Assembly: GCA_039962885.1 (NCBI GenBank)
Contig: JBDVGI010000022.1
Coordinates: forward strand, 1 to 62,027
DNA: 62,027 nt
Origin: Litorimonas sp.
GTDB taxonomy: Bacteria > Pseudomonadota > Alphaproteobacteria > Caulobacterales > Maricaulaceae
Direction: 5' to 3'
The notes under the pieces were generated by a model, which was not told where the DNA came from, searched no databases, and saw only the letters and a program-made list of their open reading frames with translations. A program made the position numbers and the translations under genes. Within the stretch, counting starts at the first letter, position 1, and each line of letters starts with the position of its first letter. Below are positions 36,690-48,099 of the stretch, one piece after another.

Positions 36690-37232
36690 TTAGATTTTTT
36701 CTGTGATTTTAATTGCAGCATGGCAGCCAGTTTTTATGGCGCGTGATAAGAAACCATAGGCTGGTGCCTCTTTGGCCCCGCCTTTAATAGCTATATCGCG
36801 GTGGTGTAACTCATCTTCGCGAAATTGCGCGAAAGTTGCGGCGAGCTCTGGATCTTCGTCTTTAATTTCTTCGACCTGCGCGCCGTAATGTTGTTCAATG
36901 ACAGTTTCGACGGCCTCTGTGCAAGCATGAGCGGCTTTTTCTCCGATTAAAGCTGTGACAACACCAAGGCCATAACCTGCAATATTCCAAATTGGCGTCA
37001 TAGCTGTTGGGCGTACGTTCCGTTCAACTAGTAACGCGTCAAAAGCATCCAAGTGCTTTTGTTCCTCGGCTTCCATTTGTGCAAGCTGCGCTGCAATAGC
37101 TTTGGTTTTAGGGCTGCGTCCAAAGATGGCTTGTTGGCCGCGGTAAATTGCAACGGCTCCATATTCTCCAGCATGGTCGACACGGAGCATTTCCGCGATT
37201 CTTGGGTTTGTCTTTGGGGTTGCTTTTGTCAT
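36690..37232 (-). CDS. coq7: Demethoxyubiquinone hydroxylase (Coq7 family)
   Basis: LRVDHAGEYGA, E..H, ACTEAVE..I..HY, FREDELHH di-iron motifs. Confidence 0.92.
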   Translation of the reverse strand: MTKATPKTNPRIAEMLRVDHAGEYGAVAIYRGQQAIFGRSPKTKAIAAQLAQMEAEEQKHLDAFDALLVERNVRPTAMTPIWNIAGYGLGVVTALIGEKAAHACTEAVETVIEQHYGAQVEEIKDEDPELAATFAQFREDELHHRDIAIKGGAKEAPAYGFLSRAIKTGCHAAIKITEKI

Positions 37233-37245
37233 ATCGCGTCTATCT

Positions 37246-37758
37246 CTAAATATTCGGCTTGCGAGCGAGTGCTATGAGCGCTGCGCCCATTGTAGATAGA
37301 ATAGCGTTCCAAGCCGCCATAGACAATCCGATGAAATGCCACACCGCATCCGAGCATGACGGGCCTTTAATGGGCTTGTTCAGCGCGGCTAAGGGATCAT
37401 TCGGATCAATTTCTGGGAGCGCATATCCGACACCTCCGCTTGAGCAGGTTTTGGGCCCCTCCCACCATTTATATTCGACCCCAGCATGATAAAATGCAAG
37501 AGATGCACTTCCCAACAGGGCTATAACCAAGAGCCAAATGAGCGGCGTTTCAAACTTACTGTTCTTCGTTTTGCGTAAAATTAAGGTCAGGAGGGCAAGG
37601 CCAATAATGAGCTTATGCGCGTGACGTTGCCAGTAACACATTGTGCAGGGCGCATAGCCAAACCCGTATTGGAAGACCCAAGCGCCTATGAGCAATCCAG
37701 AAGATAGGCATAAAGCAATCCAAGGGGCGTATTGGCGTGTAAGAAATTTAGACATCAT
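37246..37758 (-). CDS. dsbB: DsbB-family disulfide bond formation protein
   Basis: PCTMCYWQR, YHAGVE..WW.GP.TC, SCSD..W..GLSMAAWN. Confidence 0.85.
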   Translation of the reverse strand: MMSKFLTRQYAPWIALCLSSGLLIGAWVFQYGFGYAPCTMCYWQRHAHKLIIGLALLTLILRKTKNSKFETPLIWLLVIALLGSASLAFYHAGVEYKWWEGPKTCSSGGVGYALPEIDPNDPLAALNKPIKGPSCSDAVWHFIGLSMAAWNAILSTMGAALIALARKPNI

Positions 37759-37844
37759 AGCAGCTTATAGGTCAGAGCGCCGTCTTTGTCACCTTACGTT
37801 CAACATGTACCGCATATGATTTTTTATCAACTTATGTAAAAGAC

Positions 37845-38633
37845 TTGCGATTTAAAATGGATGCGTTAACTATAAATCAAGGCGTCAAACATAAAAACAA
37901 CATAAATATGACTTCGAATAACTCACACCACACATTAAAGCATATTGGCGTTCGGTTGAAAGACAAGCGGCAGGCTTTAGAACTATCCATAGATGACGTT
38001 GCCAATATGACGCATCTACGTGCAGATTATTTGCGCAATATAGAAACCTTAAATGTCGAAGACCTGCCATCTATTGGATATGTTTTAGGGTTTGTACGAA
38101 CTTACGCAAAGACGTTGGGAATGGACGGCGCTAACGCGGTAACGGATTATAAGCTTGATGTGCAAGTGCCTGAAAATCTTGGCATGCGGGATGAACCGCA
38201 TTTTGTCCCGCAATTTAAACTTCGTCTGCCGCGCGGCTTTGTACCAGCGCTCATGACTTTGGGCTTCGCTGTGATGCTTGGCGCTTGGTATGGTGTTCAG
38301 ACTGAAACGCAGGCGGCAGAACAGGTCGTTGTGGAATATGATTCCGAAGACATAGAAAGCACTGCATCCTCACTAACTCAAGACGATCTTGTAACATTAC
38401 GGGCTAACGCGCCAAGTTGGGTGCAAATCAAAGATGAGAGCGGGACAATCCTTATCTCGCGTATTTTTGTTGCAGGAGAAACATGGCAAGGGCCGAAAGA
38501 TAATAAATATAGCATTTCTGTGCGTGATGCAGGCGCAATAAAAGTCTTTTACGGTGATATTGATCAAGGAGTGTTAGGGTCTCGGGGCGAAGCTAAAAAC
38601 AACATAGAAATCACGTATAAGCTAAGCCATTAA
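37845..38633 (+). CDS. rodZ: RodZ-like protein (HTH-TM-DUF4115)
   Basis: IG..LK..R, Y..GFVRTYAK.LG, TM, SWVQI. Upstream of ispG. Start uncertain. Confidence 0.75.
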   Translation: MRFKMDALTINQGVKHKNNINMTSNNSHHTLKHIGVRLKDKRQALELSIDDVANMTHLRADYLRNIETLNVEDLPSIGYVLGFVRTYAKTLGMDGANAVTDYKLDVQVPENLGMRDEPHFVPQFKLRLPRGFVPALMTLGFAVMLGAWYGVQTETQAAEQVVVEYDSEDIESTASSLTQDDLVTLRANAPSWVQIKDESGTILISRIFVAGETWQGPKDNKYSISVRDAGAIKVFYGDIDQGVLGSRGEAKNNIEITYKLSH

Positions 38634-38756
38634 CTTAGGTTTAACCGCTGCGTCTTTTGCATTTGGTGATGGCTAGTTCTGCATTTTATATTAAAATTGA
38701 TGTGAAAGCGGTTATTTCGTCTTTAAACTGCCATCATCTCGTGGCATTAGTGCGAT

Positions 38757-39899
38757 ATGACAGATCACAAAAATATAAATTCCATTCGTCCTTGGCGAAC
38801 CATTGAGCGCCGAAAATCCCGTCAAATTAATGTTGGTAAGGTCAAAGTTGGCGGGGACGCGCCCATCGCCGTGCAGTCTATGACTAACACGCTAACACAT
38901 GATGTGGCTGCGACGGTCAAGCAAGTTTTGAATTTACAAGAAGCGGGCGCGGATATTGTACGCGTTTCTGTTCCTGATCCTGATAGCTCGGCGGCTCTCA
39001 AAGAGATTGTCAAAGAGATTGACGTTCCGCTCGTGGCAGATATTCATTTCCATTACAAACGCGGTATCGAAGCGGCGCAAAATGGCGCGGCTTGCCTGCG
39101 GATTAACCCTGGTAATATTGGCGGGCAACACCGCGTTAAAGAAGTCGTTGCAGCAGCCCGTGACAATGGCTGCTCCATTCGGATCGGAGTTAACGGCGGT
39201 AGTCTTGAAAAAGAGCTTTTAGAAAAATACGGCGAACCTTGCCCTGATGCGATGGTTGAAAGCGCGCTTATGCATGCGCGAATGCTCGAAGATGAAAATT
39301 TTCAAAATTACAAGATCAGCGTCAAAGCATCTGATCCGTTTTTGACGGTTGCGGCCTATCACCAACTCGCAGATGCGACTGAAGCGCCGCTACATTTGGG
39401 CATTACCGAAGCAGGCGGGCTTCGGATTGGCACCGTTAAGTCTGCAATTGGAATGGGTAATTTACTCTGGGCAGGTATTGGCGACACAATTCGCGTGAGC
39501 CTGTCGGCGGACCCTGTTGAAGAAATTAAGGTTGGATTTGATATGCTCAAATCTTTGGGGCTGCGCACGCGCGGTGTGAATATTATTTCTTGCCCATCTT
39601 GCGCCCGCCAAGGGTTTGACGTGATTAAAACGGTGCAAATTCTTGAAGAACGCCTGTCCCATGTGACCGCTCCGATTAGCCTGTCTATCATTGGCTGCGT
39701 GGTCAATGGCCCGGGCGAGGCGATGTTTACAGATATTGGTTTTACGGGCGGCTCTGCGGGTTACGGAATGATGTATAATGCGGGTATAAAAACGGGTAAA
39801 ACCGATAATAAAGACATGATTGACGACATTGTTGCAAAAGTTGAAGCGCGCGCTGAAGTGTTGCGGGCCCAAGAGGCTGTGACGCAAGCGGCAGAATAA
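38757..39899 (+). CDS. ispG: HMBPP synthase IspG
   Basis: [45 protein letters not shown]. Confidence 0.97.
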   Translation: MTDHKNINSIRPWRTIERRKSRQINVGKVKVGGDAPIAVQSMTNTLTHDVAATVKQVLNLQEAGADIVRVSVPDPDSSAALKEIVKEIDVPLVADIHFHYKRGIEAAQNGAACLRINPGNIGGQHRVKEVVAAARDNGCSIRIGVNGGSLEKELLEKYGEPCPDAMVESALMHARMLEDENFQNYKISVKASDPFLTVAAYHQLADATEAPLHLGITEAGGLRIGTVKSAIGMGNLLWAGIGDTIRVSLSADPVEEIKVGFDMLKSLGLRTRGVNIISCPSCARQGFDVIKTVQILEERLSHVTAPISLSIIGCVVNGPGEAMFTDIGFTGGSAGYGMMYNAGIKTGKTDNKDMIDDIVAKVEARAEVLRAQEAVTQAAE

Positions 39900-39958
39900 C
39901 GATCCGCGCAAAGATAAAATGCTACCCTCGTTAAAGCTTGCATGTTAACATAACCGCC

Positions 39959-40546
39959 ATGTTAAAAGACGTTTTCTTCTATCCCTTAGCGGGGATAATT
40001 ATCGCGCTCATAATTGGCGGTGCGCTGTCTTTGGGAAACCATGACGTTTTAACTGTTAATGACATACGTCAGCAAGGCTTCACGGTTGAAGGTCCAGACT
40101 TAGCGGGATTGACCGCTGCGCCTGGCACAAATTACGAGTATATTGCGGCAACGCCTAACGACCCAGCCCTAGCGCGGCTAGTAACGACTTTGGCGCGAGA
40201 TGTTGCCCCGCCGTCTCCGGGGATATTTGCGGCTCTAAACCCAAATTATGAAGCCGCATTTTCGCAACAAACTTTACGGCTGACGATCACCGCGCGCTCG
40301 AGCGCGAAAGAGGGCCTCGCTGAGTTTGATATGGCATATTTTACGGCAGGTTCTGGAGATTCGGGTTGGAAACGCCAGACCTTAACATCAGAATGGGCCG
40401 AGTATAGTTTTGATTTTACGACTGGCGCGGTGAAAGGTGAGGGCGATCTTGACTATTTTTCTATTTGGCCCGGTATAACGGGCGAGCCTTTAATGATGGA
40501 TGTCAAGCGCATGCGGATTGATGTCTTGGAAAATACTGACCCTTAA
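39959..40546 (+). CDS. Hypothetical membrane-anchored protein
   Basis: N-terminal TM followed by a beta-rich domain (GDSGW...L...W..YSF). Start inferred at ATG 39959. Confidence 0.6.
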   Translation: MLKDVFFYPLAGIIIALIIGGALSLGNHDVLTVNDIRQQGFTVEGPDLAGLTAAPGTNYEYIAATPNDPALARLVTTLARDVAPPSPGIFAALNPNYEAAFSQQTLRLTITARSSAKEGLAEFDMAYFTAGSGDSGWKRQTLTSEWAEYSFDFTTGAVKGEGDLDYFSIWPGITGEPLMMDVKRMRIDVLENTDP

Positions 40547-41658
40547 GCAGAAATCGCTCTCGTAGTTTTTTCGGCGGCGACGCCCATGCACAAAATATGA
40601 TAAAATGTACTGACAGGAATTGTCTGCGCGATATTAATTCCGCAGGCATTTAATTGGTCATTCCACAAGCCTTCTGGCGTTAGGTAGGTTTCGAACAAAC
40701 CATCAATGAGCGCAGCGGCCATATCTGCGCTACCAATGCTGCCGCGCTCAGCTTGGGCTAGGTGTGACTTTATAAGTTCTGTTTGCACCCATAAGCGTTT
40801 ACTTTCGCGGCGAACAATCCCGTTTTCATCTTCTTCATCATTGAGAAAATATGCGGCGTTGCGGTGGAGCCGCGTATAAAGGCCATTGGCATATGATGAT
40901 GTATCTATACCAGAGAGCTTTTCATATTGATGTAGAAGCCAAATCCATTCTGCGGCGTGGCCAGGCTCTACCGTTGTTCCTTCGGGCGCGGGCAAGGCTC
41001 GCCAATCATGGGCAAAAAATTCGCAAATAGTTTGCGTGTCTGACTTGAAGAAATGGGCTTTAAATAAACCGAAAACCTTATGAGCATATGATAAATGTTG
41101 AGGGTCTTGTGTGGCCTCATATAAATATAAGCTCGCTTCAAACATATGCATATGCGGGTTTTGGCGACGAGGGCCAGAGATAGCTGCGTCCATATGTTCT
41201 ACCCATCCGCCATTGGGATGCGACATAGAACTATCAAGCCATGTCAAAATTTGCTCAGCTTTGTCTAAATATTCTGGCGCTTGAGTGAGCCTGTATAGAC
41301 TGGTCTGCGCCAGAAGATAAAACGCATGATCATATAAATCTTGCATGGGATTGGTAATGGTCCCGCTCATATCTACGCGGTGAACATAGCCTGTTTGCAT
41401 CATGCGTTTGTGCGTGTCTTTCGCAATGTCATCGCCGCTAAACCATCCTGCTTGTACGGCGTGAGCGTAGACATAAATTTGGCGCGCTAAAACACGCCAT
41501 CTCCGTTCGGCTTGCATGTCTGCCATACCGCCTAAGGTTAGATGTTCTACCCAACTCCCATCAGGCAGCTGCGCGCGCGCGCGCCAAATGGGCAAAGCTT
41601 TCGTTATTGTCCATTGTTTGAGACGATTAGTGCTATGTTTTAAAGCCGTGTTTGGCAT
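40543..41658 (-). CDS. AGE-family epimerase/isomerase
   Basis: ARQIYVY, LYDHAF, QNPHMHMFE, EPGHAAEW, RLWVQTE, STFYH. Confidence 0.9.
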   Translation of the reverse strand: MPNTALKHSTNRLKQWTITKALPIWRARAQLPDGSWVEHLTLGGMADMQAERRWRVLARQIYVYAHAVQAGWFSGDDIAKDTHKRMMQTGYVHRVDMSGTITNPMQDLYDHAFYLLAQTSLYRLTQAPEYLDKAEQILTWLDSSMSHPNGGWVEHMDAAISGPRRQNPHMHMFEASLYLYEATQDPQHLSYAHKVFGLFKAHFFKSDTQTICEFFAHDWRALPAPEGTTVEPGHAAEWIWLLHQYEKLSGIDTSSYANGLYTRLHRNAAYFLNDEEDENGIVRRESKRLWVQTELIKSHLAQAERGSIGSADMAAALIDGLFETYLTPEGLWNDQLNACGINIAQTIPVSTFYHILCMGVAAEKTTRAISA

Positions 41659-41739
41659 AGATAAATATTTTGCCCTTTTGCGGTGTTATGTGCGTGCTGT
41701 TCATTTGCACATGTCGTATCAATAGCTTACAGCGAAGCG

Positions 41740-42696
41740 ATGATTATTCTCTTAACAGGCGCTGCTGGCTTTATCGGTTTTCATGCAGCCAAGATGTGTT
41801 TGTCCCAAGGCCATCATGTTATTGGCGTGGATAGTCTCAATGAATATTACGATATTGGGCTAAAGCGCGCGCGATTGGCACATCTGCAAAGCTTTGAGAA
41901 TTTCGAATTTCATACTTTGGATATAGCCGATGAACGGGCGCTGGACGGTTTTCATGATCGCGGGGTCACGCATATTTTGCATTTGGCGGCACAGGCTGGT
42001 GTGCGCTATTCGATTGAAAATCCGCGCAGTTATGGCCGTAGTAACGTCATTGGGCATTTGGAAGTCTTAGAGTTTGCGCGGCATTGCGATAGCCTTCAGC
42101 ACCTTGTTTATGCCAGTTCATCTTCGGTTTACGGCGAGAGAGACAGTGGTGCATTTACGGAAACTGACCGTGTCCGTAGCCCGTCATCCCTATATGCTGC
42201 GACAAAAATCAGCGGGGAAATATTGGCGCAGTCCTATACTCACCTGTATAATATACCACAGACAGCGTTGCGGTTTTTTACGGTTTACGGGCCTTGGGGC
42301 CGGCCTGATATGGCGTATTTTATATTCACGCAGAAGATTTTGCGCGGCGAGGCTATTACTTTATTTGCCCCGCAGCTCATGCAACGTGATTTTACCTTTA
42401 TTGATGATATAAGTGAGATTATCCCGACAATCTTGCAAACGCCGTCATCCGCTCATGATATTTACAATTTAGGCCGCGCGAATCCTTACCCGCTTATGGA
42501 TTTGGTCAAGGCTGTAGAAAGAGCCTGCGGCAAAACGGCGACTTTGGAAATTAAACCCAAACAAAATGGAGATGTCTCTAGTACATTTGCTGATATTGAT
42601 GCTGCGAAACAGAGTTTTGGATTTAATCCAAAGACGGATTTAGAAACAGGCATTGCCCGCTTTGTCGACTGGTATCGTGCGTTTTATGCGGCCTGA
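41740..42696 (+). CDS. NAD-dependent epimerase (UDP-glucuronate 4-epimerase-like)
   Basis: TGAAGFIG, HLAAQAGVRYS, YAATK, RFFTVYGPWGRPDMA. Confidence 0.92.
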   Translation: MIILLTGAAGFIGFHAAKMCLSQGHHVIGVDSLNEYYDIGLKRARLAHLQSFENFEFHTLDIADERALDGFHDRGVTHILHLAAQAGVRYSIENPRSYGRSNVIGHLEVLEFARHCDSLQHLVYASSSSVYGERDSGAFTETDRVRSPSSLYAATKISGEILAQSYTHLYNIPQTALRFFTVYGPWGRPDMAYFIFTQKILRGEAITLFAPQLMQRDFTFIDDISEIIPTILQTPSSAHDIYNLGRANPYPLMDLVKAVERACGKTATLEIKPKQNGDVSSTFADIDAAKQSFGFNPKTDLETGIARFVDWYRAFYAA

Positions 42697-42706
42697 TATG
42701 GGGCTG

Positions 42707-43585
42707 TTAAGCCATGCGTTTGATTAAGCTTTGCGCCTCTTCGCCAATTTCAGGGTGGTCTTTGGCATAGGCGAGGACGGTTTCCAAGTAGCCTAACTTT
42801 GATCCGCAATCATAATCTTGGCCCTCATAGGCAAAGGCATGAAACGTCTGACTTTGCATCAAGCGGGCCATTGCATCGGTGAGCTGTATTTCTCCGCCCG
42901 CGCCTGCGGCTTGATCGCGTAGAAGTCCCATCAGTTCAGGTTGCAGTATATAACGACCCGTAATTTTCAAATTTGATGGTGCTTTCTCAGGTGATGGTTT
43001 TTCAACCATCCCGTCCATAGCGATTAGTTTTTGTGTTTTATAATCTGTGCCCGATTTAGGCTTGATGACGCCATAATTCGATATGCGAGACTCTGGAACG
43101 GCATCGACAGCGATAATATTTCCGCCAACTTCATTATAAACCTCTACCATTTGCGCGAGGCATGACTTTTCGGATTTCACTAATACATCAGGCAAAAGCA
43201 CGGCAAATGGCTCATCGCCAACAATGTCGCGCGCGCACCATACGGCATGGCCAAGACCTTTGGCGGCTTGTTGACGCACAAAACTCATGGTGCCTTCACG
43301 GGCTTGCTTTTCATGTAAGGCATTTAGGCGTTTAACATTTCCCTTACGCTCTAGCACGTCTTCGAGTTCATAGGCGCGGTCAAAATAATTTTGGATAGCC
43401 GCTTTGCCGCGTCCCGTAATAAAAACAAAATGCTCAATTCCTGCCTCGATAGCCTCGTCGACAACATATTGGAGAGCTGGCCTGTCTACGATAGGCAGCA
43501 TTTCTTTCGGAATAGATTTGGTGGCGGGTAGCACACGCGTTCCAAAACCAGCGACAGGTAAGACGGCTTTTGTGATTTTTTTCAT
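42707..43585 (-). CDS. galU: UTP-glucose-1-phosphate uridylyltransferase
   Basis: PVAGFGTRVLPATKSIPKEMLP, GLGHAV, VEKP, GEIQLTDA. Confidence 0.96.
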   Translation of the reverse strand: MKKITKAVLPVAGFGTRVLPATKSIPKEMLPIVDRPALQYVVDEAIEAGIEHFVFITGRGKAAIQNYFDRAYELEDVLERKGNVKRLNALHEKQAREGTMSFVRQQAAKGLGHAVWCARDIVGDEPFAVLLPDVLVKSEKSCLAQMVEVYNEVGGNIIAVDAVPESRISNYGVIKPKSGTDYKTQKLIAMDGMVEKPSPEKAPSNLKITGRYILQPELMGLLRDQAAGAGGEIQLTDAMARLMQSQTFHAFAYEGQDYDCGSKLGYLETVLAYAKDHPEIGEEAQSLIKRMA

Positions 43586-43684
43586 AAGGCATAGCCTATC
43601 AGAAAACTATGAAAGCTATATGAAGACACTGGGCTTGGCGTTTAAAATTTGACAATTCCTCTGGGATTACGGAAATATGCAGCT

Positions 43685-44668
43685 ATGAGTGACCCGAATA
43701 TAACATTCCCATTGGTTTTACTTTGGGCCGCGCCAGTGTTTGCCCTGACGTTGAGCATCGAATGGGTCTTAGTCTCTGCGGGAATTCTCAAAGGCCGTTA
43801 TGAACGCAAAGATGCAATCAGTTCAATCGCCTTAGGAATTGGAAACTTATTGTCTGACATATTAATGGGGGCAATAAGCTTAGGGGTTTTGATGTGGATG
43901 TGGCAGTTTCGCCTCTTTGATTGGGGCGTAAGCCTACCGATTATTTTCCTATGTTTGATTGCGCAGGACTTTACATATTATTGGAAGCACCGCGCCGCTC
44001 ACCGTATTCGGTGGTTTTGGACGGCCCATGTTGTCCATCATAGCTCTCAGCATTATAATTTAACAACGGCGTTGCGCCAACCTTGGAATAATCATTTCAC
44101 AGGTTTTGTGCTGCTCACATCGCCGTTGATTATATTAGGCTTCCACCCTTTGCTTGTAGGGTTTGTTGGTGGGATAAACTTAATTTACCAATATTGGATA
44201 CATACAGAGGCGATTGACCGTATGCCGAAATGGTTTGAAGCGCTGATGAATACACCGTCTCATCACCGCGCGCATCATGGAACAAACCCGCAATATTTAG
44301 ATGCTAATTATGCAGGTATCTTTATTATTTGGGATAAGATGTTTGGCACATTTGTACCCGAAGATAAGCAGGCACCTGTCACTTACGGGCTTGTGAGCAA
44401 TTACGCGACATTTAATCCCATTAAAATCGCCGTCCTAGAGATCATTGCAGTTTTTCAGGATGTTTTTCAAAGAAAAGACTTAGGCCAAACAGGTCCAAAC
44501 ATCGCGCAACGGCTCAAATATTTATTCGCGCCGCCTGGGTACTCCCATGATGGATCACGGCAAAGTTCGGCAAGCCTTAAACGGCAATATGTCCGAGATA
44601 ATCCGCATATGGCAGGCCGAGCGGGTCTACCTGATATGCCTACTGCATTAACCGAGCCCGCTGAATAA
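43685..44668 (+). CDS. Sterol desaturase/alkylglycerol monooxygenase-like fatty-acid hydroxylase
   Basis: His boxes HRAAH, HVVHH, WIH and HHRAHH; NYAG..IIWDKMFGT. Confidence 0.9.
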   Translation: MSDPNITFPLVLLWAAPVFALTLSIEWVLVSAGILKGRYERKDAISSIALGIGNLLSDILMGAISLGVLMWMWQFRLFDWGVSLPIIFLCLIAQDFTYYWKHRAAHRIRWFWTAHVVHHSSQHYNLTTALRQPWNNHFTGFVLLTSPLIILGFHPLLVGFVGGINLIYQYWIHTEAIDRMPKWFEALMNTPSHHRAHHGTNPQYLDANYAGIFIIWDKMFGTFVPEDKQAPVTYGLVSNYATFNPIKIAVLEIIAVFQDVFQRKDLGQTGPNIAQRLKYLFAPPGYSHDGSRQSSASLKRQYVRDNPHMAGRAGLPDMPTALTEPAE

Positions 44669-46408
44669 AGCTCTCTGTTTGAGGCTAAGGCCTTTGGGCG
44701 CGGAAAATTTTACTGAGCCTTGTGAGGTTGGCCGCACAGTAAATTGTGCCGAAAGTTCAGCCTTATAATTTTTGGATAACCGTGTATCGATATTCATTAA
44801 CCGTGCTGTGCCTGTCTTTTTACCAAGTTCCAGATCAAGATAACCTGAACGCATAGGATTGTAATATCGAACATCTTTGTTGTTTTGTGTCATCAGTAGG
44901 GCGTAGTCTTCGGCGCCCGGACCCATATAATCGGCTAGGGTTTTTGAACAGACTGACGTTGTGCCCAGTTCTACGCCCATTGGCTCGCCCGATTTATCGG
45001 TCAAATCATTGACCCAAAATTCGTGGCTATCACCTGTCACAACAACAACGTCATTGATGCCAGCTTCGGAAAGGCGATCATAAAACTTATCACGAGCCAC
45101 GGGGTAACCGTCCCAACTATCGAGATAGGTCGGCAGGCCATATTGTGAGAACTCTACAAACTCACGCACGCCCGGCCAAAAATTGGCCATATTATCTAGA
45201 GATTGCGGGTCTATATGCGGAGTTAAATCAGGCGAAGACACGCGGCCTATGATGACTTGGTTGGCGAGTATCCGCCAATTTTGTCCAGTGGCCTTGGACG
45301 TTTTAAGCGTTTCGATGATGAAATCTGTTTGCGCCTGTCCGAGCATGTCGCGCTTTTCATCAAACAAAATTTTGTCAAAGCTCTGCGTGCCATTATCTTC
45401 GCGGATTATGTCAAAGTAGTCGTCAATAATCAGCGGTTCGTCACGGGCTAAAAGCCGTGTTTCAACCGTAATTAGGCTAAGTAAATTCCCGTAATTATAA
45501 TGCCGAAAAATAGCCTCTTTCGCCGAACCTGCATTAGGTTCGCGAATTGGCATCCATTCATAATAAGCCCGTAATGCCGCGCGCTTTCTATCTTCCCACA
45601 CACCTTCATTTTCACCGTGATTTTCTGCCCCGCCGCGCCAGCTATCATTGCTGACTTCGTGATCATCCCAAATGGTAATCATCGGCATCTTGGCGCTAAC
45701 AGCCTGTAAACTCGCATCTGTACGATATTGAGCATGGCGGCCGCGATAATCATCTAAGGTAATAATTTCATGAGAGGGTTCATGCAGGCGGTCTATGCCA
45801 CGAGCCTGCTCATCGGCTGAGTCTTGACCATATTCATAATAGTAATCCCCTAAATGCAACAGAGCATCGAAGTGATCTTGGCGGGCAATGTGATCGTATG
45901 TGTTGAAAAAACCATGCTGCCAATTTGCGCAGGACGTAATGGCAAAACGCACAGATTCTAAATCACCCTCGGGTAAAGTTTTGGTTTGTCCAATAGGGGA
46001 TGTATTGCCGTTATAATGAAAGCGGTAATAATATATTTGGCCTGCGCTAAGCCCGTTCGGTTGAGCTTTGACTGTCCAATCGCGCGCTGCATGTGTGACG
46101 ATTTCCCCTGCGGCAGCAATGACGGCGAAATCATCCGTAGCGGAGATTTCCCATGTGACGCGCATGTCGCTTGTAGGCTGAGTAGGCACAGACTTAGCTA
46201 GATCGGCATTATCTTGTGGTGTAATACGCGTCCATAAAACAACGGAGTTTGCCGCAGGATCGCCAGAAGCCACGCCGTGATTAAAGCTTGCTTTCACAAG
46301 CGCGGCTTGGGCGGTTAGGGTCTCGGTTGTTTTAGGACTACAGGCCGCTGCGGTACTGGCTACAGCAACGCTTAAAATACTGCGCCTAGTAAGGTCATTG
46401 GAGGCCAT
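44648..46408 (-). CDS. phoD: Alkaline phosphatase D (Tat lipoprotein)
   Basis: TRRSIL..AAAC, FNHGVASGDP, HLGDYYYE, WDDHE, DSWDGY, TGDSH. Confidence 0.93.
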   Translation of the reverse strand: MASNDLTRRSILSVAVASTAAACSPKTTETLTAQAALVKASFNHGVASGDPAANSVVLWTRITPQDNADLAKSVPTQPTSDMRVTWEISATDDFAVIAAAGEIVTHAARDWTVKAQPNGLSAGQIYYYRFHYNGNTSPIGQTKTLPEGDLESVRFAITSCANWQHGFFNTYDHIARQDHFDALLHLGDYYYEYGQDSADEQARGIDRLHEPSHEIITLDDYRGRHAQYRTDASLQAVSAKMPMITIWDDHEVSNDSWRGGAENHGENEGVWEDRKRAALRAYYEWMPIREPNAGSAKEAIFRHYNYGNLLSLITVETRLLARDEPLIIDDYFDIIREDNGTQSFDKILFDEKRDMLGQAQTDFIIETLKTSKATGQNWRILANQVIIGRVSSPDLTPHIDPQSLDNMANFWPGVREFVEFSQYGLPTYLDSWDGYPVARDKFYDRLSEAGINDVVVVTGDSHEFWVNDLTDKSGEPMGVELGTTSVCSKTLADYMGPGAEDYALLMTQNNKDVRYYNPMRSGYLDLELGKKTGTARLMNIDTRLSKNYKAELSAQFTVRPTSQGSVKFSAPKGLSLKQRALFSGLG

Positions 46409-46480
46409 GCGTGATTCCTATCATTTTAAGCTGATATAATGAGGGAAATGATAGTTCGTCAATTAACGAAAATGCATGGC

Positions 46481-48001
46481 TTATATTTTTTGATCGAACT
46501 CTCCCACTTCACTATATTTTGCGAGCCTTGTTTCTATTTCGCGAAACATCCCGATCATATTGGCCTCGGATGCAGGAGATTCGACAACAACAACAAGGTT
46601 TGGCGTGTTCGAGCTGGCGCGCATTAAGCCCCAAGTGCCGTCTTCAAGGGTCATACGCACGCCATTGACGGTGTTTACATCTACAATTTTCTGACCCAAA
46701 ATAGTGTCTCCCGCATCTGCAGATTTTTGTACGTCAGCAATGATACGCTCGACAACGTCGTATTTGATTTCATCAGCGCAAGCGGGCGACATGGTAGGGC
46801 TTCCCCATGTTTTTGGTAAGGCTTTGCGCAAATCGGCCATAGTTTTATTTGGATTGCGATCAAGCATTTGTAAGATAGCGATAGCGCTAGTTAGCCCGCA
46901 ATCATAACCGCGTCCAATTGGAGCATTAAAGAAATAATGGCCTGATTTTTCAAAGCCGACGAGCGCATTTAACTCTTTGGAACGGCGCTTAATATAGCTA
47001 TGGCCCGTTTTGTAATAATCTGTCTTGGCTCCGTTTTCTAGCAAAACAGGATCTGTGTTAAACAAACCCGTCGATTTCACATCGGCAACAAATTGCGCGT
47101 TTGGATAAATCGCGGATAAATCCCGCGCGAGCATGACACCGACCTTATCAGCAAAAATTTCTTCGCCTTCATTATCAACAACCCCGCATCGGTCCCCGTC
47201 ACCATCAAACCCAAGGGCAACTTCGGCTTTATGCTCAAGACAGGCATCGCGCATTGCGTGGAGCATTTTCATGTCTTCAGGGTTGGGATTGTAATTAGGG
47301 AAAGTGTAATCTAGCTCGCATTCTACAGGCACAACATCTGCGCCAATTTTGCGTAAGGTTTCCTCTGCAAAAGCGCCCGCTGTGCCGTTTCCGCACGCGG
47401 CCACAACACGGATAGGTCGGGACAGTTTTACATCTTTGACAAGGTCATCAATATAAGCCTCTCTGACGCCGTCAACATAGCGATAAGTCCCGCCTGATTT
47501 AGCTTTGGATTGGCCGTTTAAAACAATCTCTTTAAGACGAGCCATTTCATCCGGGCCAAATGTCAACGGCGGCTCTATGCCCATTTTCACACCCGTCCAA
47601 CCGTTTGAATTATGACTGGCTGTGACCATAGCGACGCCGGGGCAATCCAAATGGAATTGCGCAAAATAGGCCATAGGTGACAAGGCCATGCCAATGTCTA
47701 AAACTTCAATACCTGAATTCACAAGGCCAAGCATCAAAGCCTGTTTAATTCCAAGGGAGTAATGACGAAAATCATGACCAACTGCGATTTTAGGCGCAAC
47801 GCCGCTCTCATGCATTAATGTCCCAAGCCCTTCGCCCAAAGCCTGTACGCCGTATAGGTTCAGCTCGGATGGTTTTTCCTCGCCCGGCAGCCCAAACCAC
47901 CAGCGCGCATCATATTCACGAAATCCTGTTGGCTTGACAAGAGCTTGAGTTTCAAACTCAATTGTATTGGCGGCAATGGCAGGTAAGGGTTTACGGGTCA
48001 T
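46481..48001 (-). CDS. Phosphomannomutase/phosphoglucomutase (AlgC-like)
   Basis: FREYDAR, VTASHN, FDGDGDR, FEKSGH, RASSNTP. Confidence 0.93.
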   Translation of the reverse strand: MTRKPLPAIAANTIEFETQALVKPTGFREYDARWWFGLPGEEKPSELNLYGVQALGEGLGTLMHESGVAPKIAVGHDFRHYSLGIKQALMLGLVNSGIEVLDIGMALSPMAYFAQFHLDCPGVAMVTASHNSNGWTGVKMGIEPPLTFGPDEMARLKEIVLNGQSKAKSGGTYRYVDGVREAYIDDLVKDVKLSRPIRVVAACGNGTAGAFAEETLRKIGADVVPVECELDYTFPNYNPNPEDMKMLHAMRDACLEHKAEVALGFDGDGDRCGVVDNEGEEIFADKVGVMLARDLSAIYPNAQFVADVKSTGLFNTDPVLLENGAKTDYYKTGHSYIKRRSKELNALVGFEKSGHYFFNAPIGRGYDCGLTSAIAILQMLDRNPNKTMADLRKALPKTWGSPTMSPACADEIKYDVVERIIADVQKSADAGDTILGQKIVDVNTVNGVRMTLEDGTWGLMRASSNTPNLVVVVESPASEANMIGMFREIETRLAKYSEVGEFDQKI

Positions 48002-48099
48002 CTTCTAGCTTTCAACATGATAATTTCAGTTTTTAAAGTACCTGAAATTTATGTATAAAGCGTAATGACCCGCGACTATTTATTTTGAGGGCGACATTT